From positions 51,074 to 115,073 of the IMG/VR virus record IMGVR_UViG_3300032030_000026: a DNA stretch of 64,000 nucleotides. One strand, written 5' to 3'. Both the position numbers and the translations under genes were made by a program. This document shows positions 1 to 10,498 of this stretch, piece by piece (position 1 is the first letter of the stretch; each line of letters begins with the position of its first letter). Source of the stretch: a virus (lineage: Duplodnaviria > Caudoviricetes). The notes below the pieces were generated by a model. It had not been told where the DNA came from. It was given only the letters and a program-made list of their open reading frames with translations, and ran no database searches.

Positions 1-77
1 AAAAAATCCATCATATTTTCCTGGAATCTTTTTGAGAATCGGATTTGCTTATTTGTCAGTATAGAATTGATTAACAT
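1..77 (-). CDS. 5' end of a gene running off the left edge (MLINSILTNKQIRFSKRFQENMMDF...)
   Basis: ATG at 77 preceded by an AT-rich leader containing TTATTTTT; frame open to position 1. Confidence 0.45.
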   Translation of the reverse strand, partial: MLINSILTNKQIRFSKRFQENMMDF

Positions 78-224
78 ATCTCTTGATTTATGTTATAAAA
101 AATAAACCCGGATATGTGTGAGAATAAGATTATTCCTCCCGAATAAGATCTCTTAAACGAATGTCAATTTCTAAAGTGCCTACCGGAAAATCAACAATTT
201 CTTGAGGAGATGCTCCTTCTGTAA

Positions 225-557
225 TCATATATTCATTTCATTTATTGTCTCTATAAATTGATCCAATGAATCAACCATTATTGTTATACTTCTCAAGCCA
301 TCACCCTGATATACTCTTACATCCCACTCGGTAAGCTCTTTGAGTTCGGATCCATCCGAATTTGATATCCATCCATCCCCAGTGTATTCAATCTCTTTTT
401 TTATAGTCACCTGAGGAGTATCTACTCTTCTACCATTTACTATCATAGCATTTGGAGTAAACTTATCAATTTTTACGTGATATCCCGCCCAGCAATCATC
501 TATTATCTCTCTAGACCAGCCGGACGTTTCAAGCCATTTGTATATATCTTCTATCAT
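225..557 (-). CDS. hypothetical protein
   Basis: 110-aa ORF in a minus-strand gene run, AT-rich start context. Confidence 0.7.
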   Translation of the reverse strand: MIEDIYKWLETSGWSREIIDDCWAGYHVKIDKFTPNAMIVNGRRVDTPQVTIKKEIEYTGDGWISNSDGSELKELTEWDVRVYQGDGLRSITIMVDSLDQFIETINEMNI

Positions 558-654
558 AAATGTAGTTTGAACGTATTTAAATATACAAATAAAGTGATAA
601 ATTTACATGTTAAAAAATTAAAAACCTGTTTTATAAAAAAAAAGAGGTTCGGCT

Positions 655-864
655 TTATAAGAACTCGAACCTCAGATCATTAGTATTGCTACCCACCTTT
701 GATATCTTTCCGTTGTCTAGAGTGACATAAAATATAGTTTCACCATTATGCCATTCTATATCGGAGACGAACCCGGAGACATCTATTGGTATGATACAGT
801 CCGCCACAAATCGGATTTTTTTATTTAAAAATTCTTTTTTAATAAAATCTTTCCAGCTTACCAT
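655..864 (-). CDS. hypothetical protein
   Basis: 69-aa ORF overlapping the stop of the upstream gene. Confidence 0.65.
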   Translation of the reverse strand: MVSWKDFIKKEFLNKKIRFVADCIIPIDVSGFVSDIEWHNGETIFYVTLDNGKISKVGSNTNDLRFEFL

Positions 865-1805
865 CTCATCTTTTCATACAAATAAGTACTCCAATCCAAA
901 AACGCCGAAGATATAAAGTTCCGATTACCGGACACATTATCTTCTATTATATATCCCAGTGCCTGAGAAAGTCTTTTTAGGATGTTAGTCATAGTGACCT
1001 GCTCATTAACATCAATATTCACACAAGTGCAATCCGCAAAATTATTATATAGCGAGACTGATGCTAAAGGCAAGCCAACTTTAATAATATTATCAATATA
1101 TTTTTTCATCTCCTCACAGATTTCTACCTGACCCAGCCAATAAGTAATATCCGAAAATATCTCGATCATATACTTATACATATTATGGCGATATATCAGG
1201 AGAGGGTCGCATACGGAAAGGATATCGGCGGTATAATTAACGGAACCATTAGCACACCCGCATCCCGATTGTTTGGATATGCTGTTTATATCCACATAGC
1301 TGTTAAATTTCATAAGAGATTTTATTACCTGATCATACATCTCTTGTATGTAATATTGGAGCATATATCGGAGTTTATCGGGATCTTTAGACCAATCATC
1401 TATCCAGGTGTCGTTTGCGCACAACACTTCAGCCAGCCAGGTGCGGAATCTTTTCAGTTCTTCTAAGGTGATATCATCATCCGTGACAAATTCGTTGAGA
1501 TATAAGTATTTTTGGAGATTTTCAAAATCTTCCACATACGAAGCATAATCTTCAAATAACACATAATCAACGTTTCTAGTCAGCTGGAATGTTTCTTCGC
1601 CAATTTCAAAAATCAGCTTGCCGGTTGGCATTTCGCCGAGTTGTATGCGTTCTAATTCTATGATGTGCTGAACCGTATCCGTAAGGCCATGCACTCCTAG
1701 TGGAATCACATAAATATAGTTTACGGCCAATGCATACTTGCCTTTTAGATTGTCATTGAAAAACTCGGATTCTGTTATGTTGTCTTTAAATTTTACTATA
1801 TTCAT
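858..1805 (-). CDS. hypothetical protein (acidic, Cys clusters GCGC/CTC; possibly virion-associated)
   Basis: 315-aa ORF tightly packed with neighbours. Confidence 0.75.
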   Translation of the reverse strand: MNIVKFKDNITESEFFNDNLKGKYALAVNYIYVIPLGVHGLTDTVQHIIELERIQLGEMPTGKLIFEIGEETFQLTRNVDYVLFEDYASYVEDFENLQKYLYLNEFVTDDDITLEELKRFRTWLAEVLCANDTWIDDWSKDPDKLRYMLQYYIQEMYDQVIKSLMKFNSYVDINSISKQSGCGCANGSVNYTADILSVCDPLLIYRHNMYKYMIEIFSDITYWLGQVEICEEMKKYIDNIIKVGLPLASVSLYNNFADCTCVNIDVNEQVTMTNILKRLSQALGYIIEDNVSGNRNFISSAFLDWSTYLYEKMRW

Positions 1806-1807
1806 AT

Positions 1808-2005
1808 CTACAGTTGATTTAATAAATAATGCTTGAGACTCATGGATTCCTTTAAGACCATAAACTCTTTGATTTCCTGATCGGTCATATCTCCATCCGC
1901 TATATTCAATACTTCTTTAGATACTTTAGATCTTTCCAATTCTCCTTTTCGGACGGCCCAAGCCATACGGAAAAGTCTTTGTTGTGATTTTGATTTACTT
2001 GGCAT
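1808..2005 (-). CDS. DUF3008-like small protein
   Basis: MPSKSKSQQRLF..A..VRKGE....MT..EIKEF pattern typical of DUF3008. Confidence 0.6.
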   Translation of the reverse strand: MPSKSKSQQRLFRMAWAVRKGELERSKVSKEVLNIADGDMTDQEIKEFMVLKESMSLKHYLLNQL

Positions 2006-2024
2006 AATTCGCTATAATTTTTTT

Positions 2025-5000
2025 TTACACACCATGCACGGTTAAAGCAAATCCGCCGTTTGCCTTTCCGACACAATTACCTAATTTAGTTATTACGGTT
2101 TTTAATGCATTCATTTCGGCTTCTAATTTTTCTAATTTTTCCTTATTAGGATCTTTCTTAGGAACCTGTGGTTTTGATTTAGAAGATCCATCCGTAGGTT
2201 TTGCAAGACCTTCTCTGGATCCTCCTCCGCTACCTAAGCTGGAGAAGTCTTTATTATTCACATCATCTAAAGCGGCGGTAAGTTTTTCCAATGCTTCCAA
2301 CAATTTTTCATTAATTACATCAGCGAGTTTATCAAAATTACCTTGGATGCTATCGGAGAATAAATACAATTCATGCATAAGCTCCTTCAGAGAGGTGACC
2401 TTGGAGATATCTAATGTATTCACGGATTTGATGAGTTTGACGGAGTCGTCGGTGACCTGCTTCCAAGCGGAGGTGCATTGATTTAAGTTAGATCCGTTTA
2501 CATTTTGGAATATAGACTTAGCTATCAGTTCTATGGCATGGCCGGCCGGGGTATCTATCTTGTCTTTTAGGCTCGTGAATTTTATATTTTCATATTTACC
2601 GCAGGTCTCCAGATATTTATCATAAGGGAGGTTCATAAGCAAGCCTAGTGACATGACCTGATCCTTGCTAACATGTCCGGCATCGGAAATGTCCTTCAAG
2701 AACCGGCTTGCCATCCAGGTTATAGTCAGTGTATCTTCGGTTCCGTTATTGATCGTGTGAACGGTTATGTTCTTAGCTTTGATCTGGGTCTTGATCATTT
2801 GGTCGGTAGCCTTGCCCATAAGAATAGTAGACATGAGATAGTTTTTAGTATTATCCAATAATCTATTGACTACATCGGTCTTGAGTTTCTCGTCCATAAC
2901 GGTAACGGTCTTTTCTATCACATTTCCAAGAGCATCCATCTGATCATTAAAATTATCCGGTATTTTCCATTTAGATAACTTAACGGCTCTTTTAGCTATC
3001 TTATTCAAGATACGGAGTATGTTGCTGATAGTATTGACTTTTCGTTTCGTCTGGCGCAATTTTCTACGTTTGACTTTATTCAAAGCAAACACTATACCAC
3101 CTTCTCCATCCCGACCGACGATTGCGAATATCGGAGCGGTGAGCTTATCCGGATTTATCGGGGGCATAGCGGTTACCTGCATAGCTGCTGTGCAGATATC
3201 TTTTATCTTCAAAACAGTTTTAGATATAGAAGCTATCTTCAATGCGGACTTACCCATTTCTACCAGACCTAGCTGATTCAGATAATAGAGTACACTGCCC
3301 TCCTCGTATCCTTTCTTGATACCTAGGAATCCCTTAGCTTCCTTGCCACCATCCGGAGATAGCTGCAATGCACGGAGAGGTATAAGCATTTTCTCCGATA
3401 ACTTTCGGGCTACCTCGGTGGGATCTCCTGTAATACCGGCTGTATCCATAGCCATAGAAGCTTCCGCCAAGGCTTTCATAGCCTGGGCTGCTGTCTGAGC
3501 TATTTTAGAAATAGACCACATAGCAGCCTCCCCCAATAAGAACGCTGCTGCCTGAGGACCTAGAAGCAAGAACCCGGCAATCGCTGCCATGCCCCCAAGT
3601 TCGGCTATAACCAAAGCCATGATCTGAGAGGTTCCCAACAAGTCACCAGCATCGGTCATGGCAGCCACCTCTCCGAGAGATCTAAACGCCGGCATAGCCG
3701 CATTTAATATCAGAGTTATACCACCCAAAGCAGCCTCCCCAATAAGTAAATCTTGTTTAGGTATCTTAGACAGAATAAAAACCATTCCTCCTAATTCCGC
3801 CATAACTAAAGTCATAATTTGAGAGGTTCCCAGCAAATCACCGGCCTCCGTTTCTTTTGACACTTTCCCAATTATACCCATCACAAGTGCGGCCATCCCG
3901 GTTAGTATTATAATTAAAGCCATGGGAATCACCCCCTTTATAATCTCTTTTTCAAATTTTGCCAAACCCCATATCATCAAAGCCATAGCTCCTAATGTAG
4001 TTATCATAACCAACATAGTAAGAGCCACCTGTTTGAGATCTATAGTTTCGGCCAATAATGCCATCAGTGCTAAAGTGGCCACCATACCTAGAATAGCAAG
4101 GTCTATCAACAATAGTGCGGTAGCTCCTTTTTTCAAAAATGCCCCGGCTAAACTTAACAGAGCCATCAGACCTAACATAGTGGCTATAAATGTAAATGTT
4201 ATCCCTATCAAAACCATACCCAACACTATCATAGCTCCCGCGGTGATCATAGCCAGGATAATCAGAACAATTCCGCCTATAGCTCCAATCATGCTAGTGA
4301 TGACCCTATGTGATTTCCGGGACTGTGCCAATCTGGTAGATATTAAAGACATAACTAATATATATCCGCCTATAATTGCCATGATTATGGGCATGGTAGC
4401 CGCGGCCTTCATGGCTTTTTTGGGTTCCGGCATGTTGTTGATAACCTCACAGAAATCTTTCAATGTCTTAGACATATCTTTGAAGAACGTCTGTGCTTTA
4501 GAAGAATTTGCTTCTAAATTTATTTTCTCTATAAATTTCAAAAGAATCCAATACTCTAGTATAATTATCACAGTTATAGGTAAGATAATCATTAAATTTA
4601 ACATCCCTATAACAGACGGTGCATTATCCGAAGCTCTTTTTAATGACACCATAGCTACGCCCATGCCATTAAAGACTATTAAGGCATTGTTGACGTCTTG
4701 ATCCGCTAATTTAGCTTTATTAATCAACCATACCATTCCGGCAAATTCAAAAACGGCCACGGTGGCGGATATTAACACAAAATTCAGATTAATGGTATCC
4801 GCAAATTTTGGAGTATTATCAACTGCTTGTTTTAAAGATACCATAATCATACCCATGTCGTCAAAGACTTTTAGAACATTGTTAATGTCTTGATTAGCAA
4901 TTCCGGCTTTATTGATCAACCATACCATTCCGGCAAATTCGAACACCGCTATAGTAGCGGATACTAACACGAGATTTAAGTTAACGGCATCTTTGAATTT

Positions 5001-6800
5001 CGGTGTATTTGTTATGGCATCATTTAGGGTTTCAGTAAATACGGATATCATTCGCATGCTATTAATAGCAACAGACAGATTATCTTGGAATTCGTTGTTA
5101 CCAATAAGCTTTGTAATTTTTATGATCTTCCGAATAGAAGATTTGCTTAATGATACCACTTCAAGAAATTCCGTCATTTTTTCCACGCTTGCCATTCCTA
5201 AAATCATATTGTTCATCTCGGTAACTAAAATAGATATTGTTCTAGTTACTTCGATAGCGGCATTAATCTTATCGGGATTGTCTTTATCTGTAATAAATCT
5301 AGAGGTTCTCAAAATAGTATTGAAGTTGAATCTCATTATCTTTAATGCAATTAAAGACTTTAGAGCCTGTTTAGTATCTAAATTTAGTAAGGTTCGGAAT
5401 ATATTCACAATTGCATCCGCAATGTTCATAATACATTCAAAACCCTCATGAAATATCGGTTCATTGTCTTTGAAAGCTTGAATTATGGATAAAATAGAAA
5501 CCCGCTCACCCCCGTTTTTAGCATTTCTCCATTGCCCCCATTTAGCACCGGAAAACAATATAGCATATATATGTCCCAACCCTTTCTGGGCTGATTTGAA
5601 CCGCTTCCGTCCAAATAAACCGGTATACATATTTATACTCTTCAATACTATATTGATAGCTTTAAAGAACACTACTAAGGATATGGAAATCGCCGCGGCT
5701 TTCAAAGCATCTATCATAGATAGAGATTCCGTAACTCCCGCAATTATATCCATTGCCCCTTTTTTCTTAATAGTGGACTTATTGAATAAATTCCGTATAT
5801 TCCGGCGTACCCATCCATATTCTTCTCCAAATAAGAGCATCCAAGTTCGAGAAATATTTTCCTGAATCTTGGTTTTTTCTAACCACCCCATATTTTCATT
5901 GATAAAATGCAACGTTTCATTCAAGCTTTCAAATGTCTTAGAGATCATAAGCATATTTATTCGGGCTTTAACGGCGGTAGCCACATTCATATTCCCAATA
6001 TTCTCAATAAGACTCATTATAGAATGAGACCGGCGGAATATTCTATCATATATGCGCCCGAATAGTAATACATATATCTTAGATATGGTTCTTCGATACC
6101 GGAAAATTTGCTTGAAAGTGATCTTATTTTTCAGCACTTCGAAGATTGTCGGAATTAAATTAATAGTATCGGCTATAAATTTTATGCTTACCTTTGCTTT
6201 AGCAAACGGAGCCAATTTTCGATCTCCGATAAATTCTATTAGCCGAATGAGTTTCCGGAACAACATCTTATATTTTATAACAGTAAACCTATATTTTATA
6301 ACATCCCCCAAAGATATCTTTTTCAATGGAGAAGCCACAATCTCTAAGGACTCCATGATGGGTTCCATAGATTTTAAAGAGATTCTGGCTTTAATTATAG
6401 AAATTGGGTTATAATTCCCAAGTTTTTCTACAAACTTAAATAAAGACTTCATACTCTTTCTCAAGAGAATCATCCGAAACTTGTTGCCGATTAAATCTTT
6501 TAATGGAATCTTTCCAACAGTCCCCATTAAGATCTGATACTCATATATAGTATCCGTCATATTCTTCAAATCTTTAGCATTTATAGATACGGCGGAATAT
6601 GCACCGGAGATTCTTTCCAATCCATATAAAACCGCCTCCAGTGCATCCGTAGAACGCTCTATACATTTCTTCAAAGTATTGAAGAATTTCTTATCCATCT
6701 TGTTCTTAACGATAATTCTGTTTATATCATTGACAAGATTGAGTTGCTCTTTATATATTTCGAAAAGGTCTTCGCTATTAGGTATCTTGGTCTCGGCCAT
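2025..6800 (-). CDS. tape-measure-like protein with a central multi-TM region
   Basis: 1591 aa, helical, Ala/Ile/Met-rich, long hydrophobic stretch, internal 64-aa repeat (FEFAGMVWLINKA x2) and AGDLLGTSQIM x2. Confidence 0.55.
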   Translation of the reverse strand: MAETKIPNSEDLFEIYKEQLNLVNDINRIIVKNKMDKKFFNTLKKCIERSTDALEAVLYGLERISGAYSAVSINAKDLKNMTDTIYEYQILMGTVGKIPLKDLIGNKFRMILLRKSMKSLFKFVEKLGNYNPISIIKARISLKSMEPIMESLEIVASPLKKISLGDVIKYRFTVIKYKMLFRKLIRLIEFIGDRKLAPFAKAKVSIKFIADTINLIPTIFEVLKNKITFKQIFRYRRTISKIYVLLFGRIYDRIFRRSHSIMSLIENIGNMNVATAVKARINMLMISKTFESLNETLHFINENMGWLEKTKIQENISRTWMLLFGEEYGWVRRNIRNLFNKSTIKKKGAMDIIAGVTESLSMIDALKAAAISISLVVFFKAINIVLKSINMYTGLFGRKRFKSAQKGLGHIYAILFSGAKWGQWRNAKNGGERVSILSIIQAFKDNEPIFHEGFECIMNIADAIVNIFRTLLNLDTKQALKSLIALKIMRFNFNTILRTSRFITDKDNPDKINAAIEVTRTISILVTEMNNMILGMASVEKMTEFLEVVSLSKSSIRKIIKITKLIGNNEFQDNLSVAINSMRMISVFTETLNDAITNTPKFKDAVNLNLVLVSATIAVFEFAGMVWLINKAGIANQDINNVLKVFDDMGMIMVSLKQAVDNTPKFADTINLNFVLISATVAVFEFAGMVWLINKAKLADQDVNNALIVFNGMGVAMVSLKRASDNAPSVIGMLNLMIILPITVIIILEYWILLKFIEKINLEANSSKAQTFFKDMSKTLKDFCEVINNMPEPKKAMKAAATMPIIMAIIGGYILVMSLISTRLAQSRKSHRVITSMIGAIGGIVLIILAMITAGAMIVLGMVLIGITFTFIATMLGLMALLSLAGAFLKKGATALLLIDLAILGMVATLALMALLAETIDLKQVALTMLVMITTLGAMALMIWGLAKFEKEIIKGVIPMALIIILTGMAALVMGIIGKVSKETEAGDLLGTSQIMTLVMAELGGMVFILSKIPKQDLLIGEAALGGITLILNAAMPAFRSLGEVAAMTDAGDLLGTSQIMALVIAELGGMAAIAGFLLLGPQAAAFLLGEAAMWSISKIAQTAAQAMKALAEASMAMDTAGITGDPTEVARKLSEKMLIPLRALQLSPDGGKEAKGFLGIKKGYEEGSVLYYLNQLGLVEMGKSALKIASISKTVLKIKDICTAAMQVTAMPPINPDKLTAPIFAIVGRDGEGGIVFALNKVKRRKLRQTKRKVNTISNILRILNKIAKRAVKLSKWKIPDNFNDQMDALGNVIEKTVTVMDEKLKTDVVNRLLDNTKNYLMSTILMGKATDQMIKTQIKAKNITVHTINNGTEDTLTITWMASRFLKDISDAGHVSKDQVMSLGLLMNLPYDKYLETCGKYENIKFTSLKDKIDTPAGHAIELIAKSIFQNVNGSNLNQCTSAWKQVTDDSVKLIKSVNTLDISKVTSLKELMHELYLFSDSIQGNFDKLADVINEKLLEALEKLTAALDDVNNKDFSSLGSGGGSREGLAKPTDGSSKSKPQVPKKDPNKEKLEKLEAEMNALKTVITKLGNCVGKANGGFALTVHGV

Positions 6801-6893
6801 ACTGTTATAATTTCATTTTGTAATAAATGCCGGAATATATCATTATGTGGCATTTAGAATTATTATATAAATAATCAAATATCGGTTGAAACA

Positions 6894-7610
6894 ATGAAGA
6901 AGCTGACACAATTTCTTAAAAACATAGACGAAGCATTTCAAGATGAGCTAACTGAAATTACCGGATGGCTGGGTTCTTTGGAGAATCTTTCCGATGTCTT
7001 GGATAAACTCGAAAATTCTAAAATTCTAGGCGGACGGGGTAACGACAGATTTGGAAGGGGTGATGGTGAGAATATTGATGATCATACAAAGCGATATGTA
7101 GGGATGATCCTTAAAAAACTCATGATGGATCCCGAGATTATATCATGGTATGATTCTCCATATAACAACGAAATGGAACTTTATAGTTTGTTAGCTAAAA
7201 AACTTTCTCCTCGAGAAATGACTTATTTGGAGGAGATTACCCAGGTTTTAGCTTCCGTGGAAGATTCGGATAAAGATGCGGAGATAGTCAATAACGCTGT
7301 CGTTCGTCTCATAGATGATCCGGATTTAGAGAGATGGTTTAAGAAATATTCAAAACCTATTAAGAAAACAGATAGGTTTGGTAATGTCGAAACTACGGCA
7401 GCAACTCCTAATGAATTTGAACTCAGAAAGATCATCAACAGCAAGCTTTCAGGCACAGAAAGAAAATTTTCCGAGCCTATTGCACGGAAATTTATGCGAA
7501 TATATAATGGCGAATATGATACCGATGATTATTTCTCCAGAGAAGGCGGCAGCTCGGGAATGGGTAGGTCCATGGCCGGGAGACGGAACGATAGGCGTTT
7601 TAGAATTTAA
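6894..7610 (+). CDS. hypothetical protein, candidate head-internal protein
   Basis: 238-aa ORF starting MKKLTQFLKNIDE; TATAAATA just upstream. Confidence 0.7.
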   Translation: MKKLTQFLKNIDEAFQDELTEITGWLGSLENLSDVLDKLENSKILGGRGNDRFGRGDGENIDDHTKRYVGMILKKLMMDPEIISWYDSPYNNEMELYSLLAKKLSPREMTYLEEITQVLASVEDSDKDAEIVNNAVVRLIDDPDLERWFKKYSKPIKKTDRFGNVETTAATPNEFELRKIINSKLSGTERKFSEPIARKFMRIYNGEYDTDDYFSREGGSSGMGRSMAGRRNDRRFRI

Positions 7611-7639
7611 GATAAGAATTAAATAATCAATTAAGATAT

Positions 7640-10150
7640 ATGAAAAGGTTTCACGAATATACTGAGATGATCACGGAATCTCTAATGATGTTATTAGTGT
7701 ATTCCGCTATAGTGGCTACCATGGTCCAGGATGCCAAACAAGAACGTCTCAAGTTCAAGATAGAACAAAAGCGAATGGAAAAAGAGCTTAAAGAAATGGA
7801 AGATCGTGAGGATGATGAAGAAATCCAACGCAAATTGGAAAAAGAACGTCGTAAAAGAGAACTTGCTCAAGAAAGACACGAACGTCGGGAAGAGAAGTGG
7901 AAGCGGAATATAGCCAAGTTACAGATGCTCCAAGACAGAATGGCGGAATCTCGTGAGAAAAAATTAGAAACTCAACGTTTTGCATTGGCAGCTCATAATA
8001 TGATGAATGACAAGGAAACCGTCGAAGATCGGGGCCTTATCGAGAAACATGCTAAGAATAAAGAAAAATGCACCCCCGATCAGATTCGCCGGGCCACAGA
8101 AAAAGCTAATAAAATTTCTGATGAAGAAGCCGATAAATATGTAGCTAAGTATATGCCGAAGAAAGATCTTCCCAAGACGGAACCGGAATCTCAAAAAGAA
8201 ACTCGGAAGACGTCGGCCACCAGAGACTTCAAGATACCTAAAAAACCAGATTCTGTCGGAACCGGAAAAGAAGTAGATAAAAAACCGGAACCCAAAGAAG
8301 AAGAAGTAATCAATCCGGAAACCGGCAAGAAAGAAAAACATAAAGTATATACGGGCAAACGAGGGGGCAGATATTGGATGTCTAAAAACAACAATAAAGT
8401 ATATGTCAAAGAAGACAAAGAAGAACAAGAGGTAGCTTCTCGTTGGGATATTACTAATTCACGCTTAGCATACCTGCAATGGGCCATAGATAATACTAAA
8501 GATAAAGAAAAATCTAATAAGCTCCAGGAAATGTATAATGCCTTGTATAATATAACATATGATACAGGCGGCGATATCCGGAGTTTAGATGATACTATAT
8601 CTTATATTACCCAGACTATGCAGAATAATAAAGGTTTGATCCCGGGGCTTCCTTCTAATGATCAGATAGAAGAAATTGACAAGAAAGCTGCCAGCTTTGA
8701 AGAATTGTATCCCGAGGAATATGAAAGCTATATTAAAAGATTGGAAAGCTCTAATCTGGATAAATCCAAGAAAGACAAGGAAGATCAAGCGGATAGTGTG
8801 CTGAGTCCGGCGGACACTAAAGATGATAAAGATGCTCGTGACAAGTTGGCTACCCTTACTTCTATATTCGGATTTACTAATATTATAGGCCTGGAATCCA
8901 ATCGGAAACCATCCGCGGAAGATATGAAGAAAAAATCGGAGCTGAAAAAGGATCAGAAAGATAATGCATTGCTCCAGGACACCGAGGATGACGAAACCGC
9001 TCTTAAGAAACCGGAGACTTCTGGTGAAGAAAGTTCCGATGAGTCCAGTGAAGAGTCCGGTGAAGAAAGTTCCGATGAGTCCGGTGAAGAGTCCGGTGAA
9101 GAGTCCGGTGAAGAACTGTCGGATATTGAAGAAGATATGATTATGTATGTAGTCATGATGGCCGAAGAATATCTAGATCAGTTCGAAGAGGATGAATATA
9201 ACGAAGCGGATGTGGATAAATGGCTGGATGAACAGAACCTGGAATCTGATCTTGGACTGGAAACCGACGAAGAGAAAAAAGGCTTCCGGGATGCTATGAA
9301 GCAGGAAATCAAGAATGAATTGGAATCCGAGTCCGATGAGGATAGTAAAGAGTCCAGCGAGCAAACAACCGAATCGCTTTTAGAGTTTTCTCAAAACTTC
9401 ATATTTGAATTGTTCGGTCGGAATGACGCTTTCAAGGCGGCTAAGAAAAATGCCGAAATGTTCAATAAGTATGGAGATGGTGCTTATAAGCCGGAAATCG
9501 CAGCAAAAGAACTCCAAAAGGCACGTAAGAAAAATGCAAGTGCGGTTAAGTTCAACAAAGCGGTAAATCTGCTTACCGGACCGCTGGGTGCCGCTATCAT
9601 CAACAAAAAGCAAGATAATATGAAGAGGCGCATGGCCGGAATGAAGTCTATGATTGATAGCACACCGGATCCTGACGAAAAAGAAAAGCTTCAGAAGAAT
9701 TATGATATGATGATGAAAGCTTGTGTTACCAAGAAAGGAAGATTCCGCGCCCGCCCGAAACTCAAAAACCTTTCTCCGGAAGAAATAGCCGAGTTCAAAT
9801 CCAAATATAAGGAAATCAAACAATCCAAAACAATCCGCCAAGCCGGCAAGGATTATATGATCAAACATGAAGATTTTGCCGATCAGGTACTACAAGATAA
9901 AGTATCTAAGAAAAAAGAAGAAAAAGAAATCAAGAAAGGTAATGTTGAAAAGACTTCTATGGATGACGGATCTACTCTGGTAGCCCGGAAATCGGAGAGG
10001 GATGGCCATATGATTTATACTAGAGAAAAAGGTGGCAAGACCGTGGAATATATAGATAAGGACGAATATCACAAACGCCTGGCTAACAAGAAAGAATCGA
10101 TAGAACACCACTTTGGTTCTTTCAAAGTCTTGCTAGAATCTAGAATGTAA
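7640..10150 (+). CDS. large highly charged protein with PBCV-basic-adaptor-like motif; candidate processed head protein
   Basis: 836 aa, K/E-rich, VYTGKRGGRYW..NNNKVYV motif, SGEE repeat, several (I/L)xE(S) motifs. Confidence 0.75.
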   Translation: MKRFHEYTEMITESLMMLLVYSAIVATMVQDAKQERLKFKIEQKRMEKELKEMEDREDDEEIQRKLEKERRKRELAQERHERREEKWKRNIAKLQMLQDRMAESREKKLETQRFALAAHNMMNDKETVEDRGLIEKHAKNKEKCTPDQIRRATEKANKISDEEADKYVAKYMPKKDLPKTEPESQKETRKTSATRDFKIPKKPDSVGTGKEVDKKPEPKEEEVINPETGKKEKHKVYTGKRGGRYWMSKNNNKVYVKEDKEEQEVASRWDITNSRLAYLQWAIDNTKDKEKSNKLQEMYNALYNITYDTGGDIRSLDDTISYITQTMQNNKGLIPGLPSNDQIEEIDKKAASFEELYPEEYESYIKRLESSNLDKSKKDKEDQADSVLSPADTKDDKDARDKLATLTSIFGFTNIIGLESNRKPSAEDMKKKSELKKDQKDNALLQDTEDDETALKKPETSGEESSDESSEESGEESSDESGEESGEESGEELSDIEEDMIMYVVMMAEEYLDQFEEDEYNEADVDKWLDEQNLESDLGLETDEEKKGFRDAMKQEIKNELESESDEDSKESSEQTTESLLEFSQNFIFELFGRNDAFKAAKKNAEMFNKYGDGAYKPEIAAKELQKARKKNASAVKFNKAVNLLTGPLGAAIINKKQDNMKRRMAGMKSMIDSTPDPDEKEKLQKNYDMMMKACVTKKGRFRARPKLKNLSPEEIAEFKSKYKEIKQSKTIRQAGKDYMIKHEDFADQVLQDKVSKKKEEKEIKKGNVEKTSMDDGSTLVARKSERDGHMIYTREKGGKTVEYIDKDEYHKRLANKKESIEHHFGSFKVLLESRM
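9019..9115 (+). repeat. in-frame 12-bp-unit repeat (GAGTCCGGTGAA / AGTTCCGATGAG) encoding SGEESSDE...
   Basis: direct tandem copies visible in the sequence. Confidence 0.85.
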
Positions 10151-10388
10151 ATAAAAATATCATTAAAGCCAGCAAATCATCATCCGAATCCAAAGAACAT
10201 GTTGTAAAAGATAAAGATGGAAGCGAAATTCACGCCCACCGGAAAAAACGGGTATCGACATGACTTATGTCAGAATGAAAGATGGTAAGGAAATTGGATA
10301 TGCTACCAAAGATGAATTTCGGACTACAAAAAGTTCCAACGAATCTTATGTAGGATTGTCTGATTATATTCGAGAATCTGTTGAGTAA
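10151..10388 (+). pseudogene. start-less, frameshifted relic homologous to the C-terminal domain of 7640..10150
   Basis: KDGSEIHAHRKK/TGIDMTYVRMKDGKEIGYATKDEF aligns with DDGSTLVARKSERDGHMIYTREKGGKTVEYIDKDEY; frameshift at the A6 run ~10243-10248. Confidence 0.65.
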
Positions 10389-10424
10389 AATTCCGTTATA
10401 ATTATTTCATATCCTCTGTATAAT

Positions 10425-10474
10425 AAACGATCGTGCCTTAAGTGATTAATTGGTCATCTAAGATACGATCGTTT
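10425..10474. repeat. ~50-bp imperfect palindromic element, copy 1
   Basis: AAACGATCG...CGATCGTTT ends; reverse complement aligns with copy 2. Confidence 0.8.
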
Positions 10475-10498
10475 GATTTTGATATGATTTTGTAAGTT

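Noticed and set aside
2673-6414. Plus-strand ORFs opposite the 1591-aa gene, and similar antisense ORFs elsewhere in the track
   Set aside because: Shadow frames of real genes; no independent motifs or start contexts
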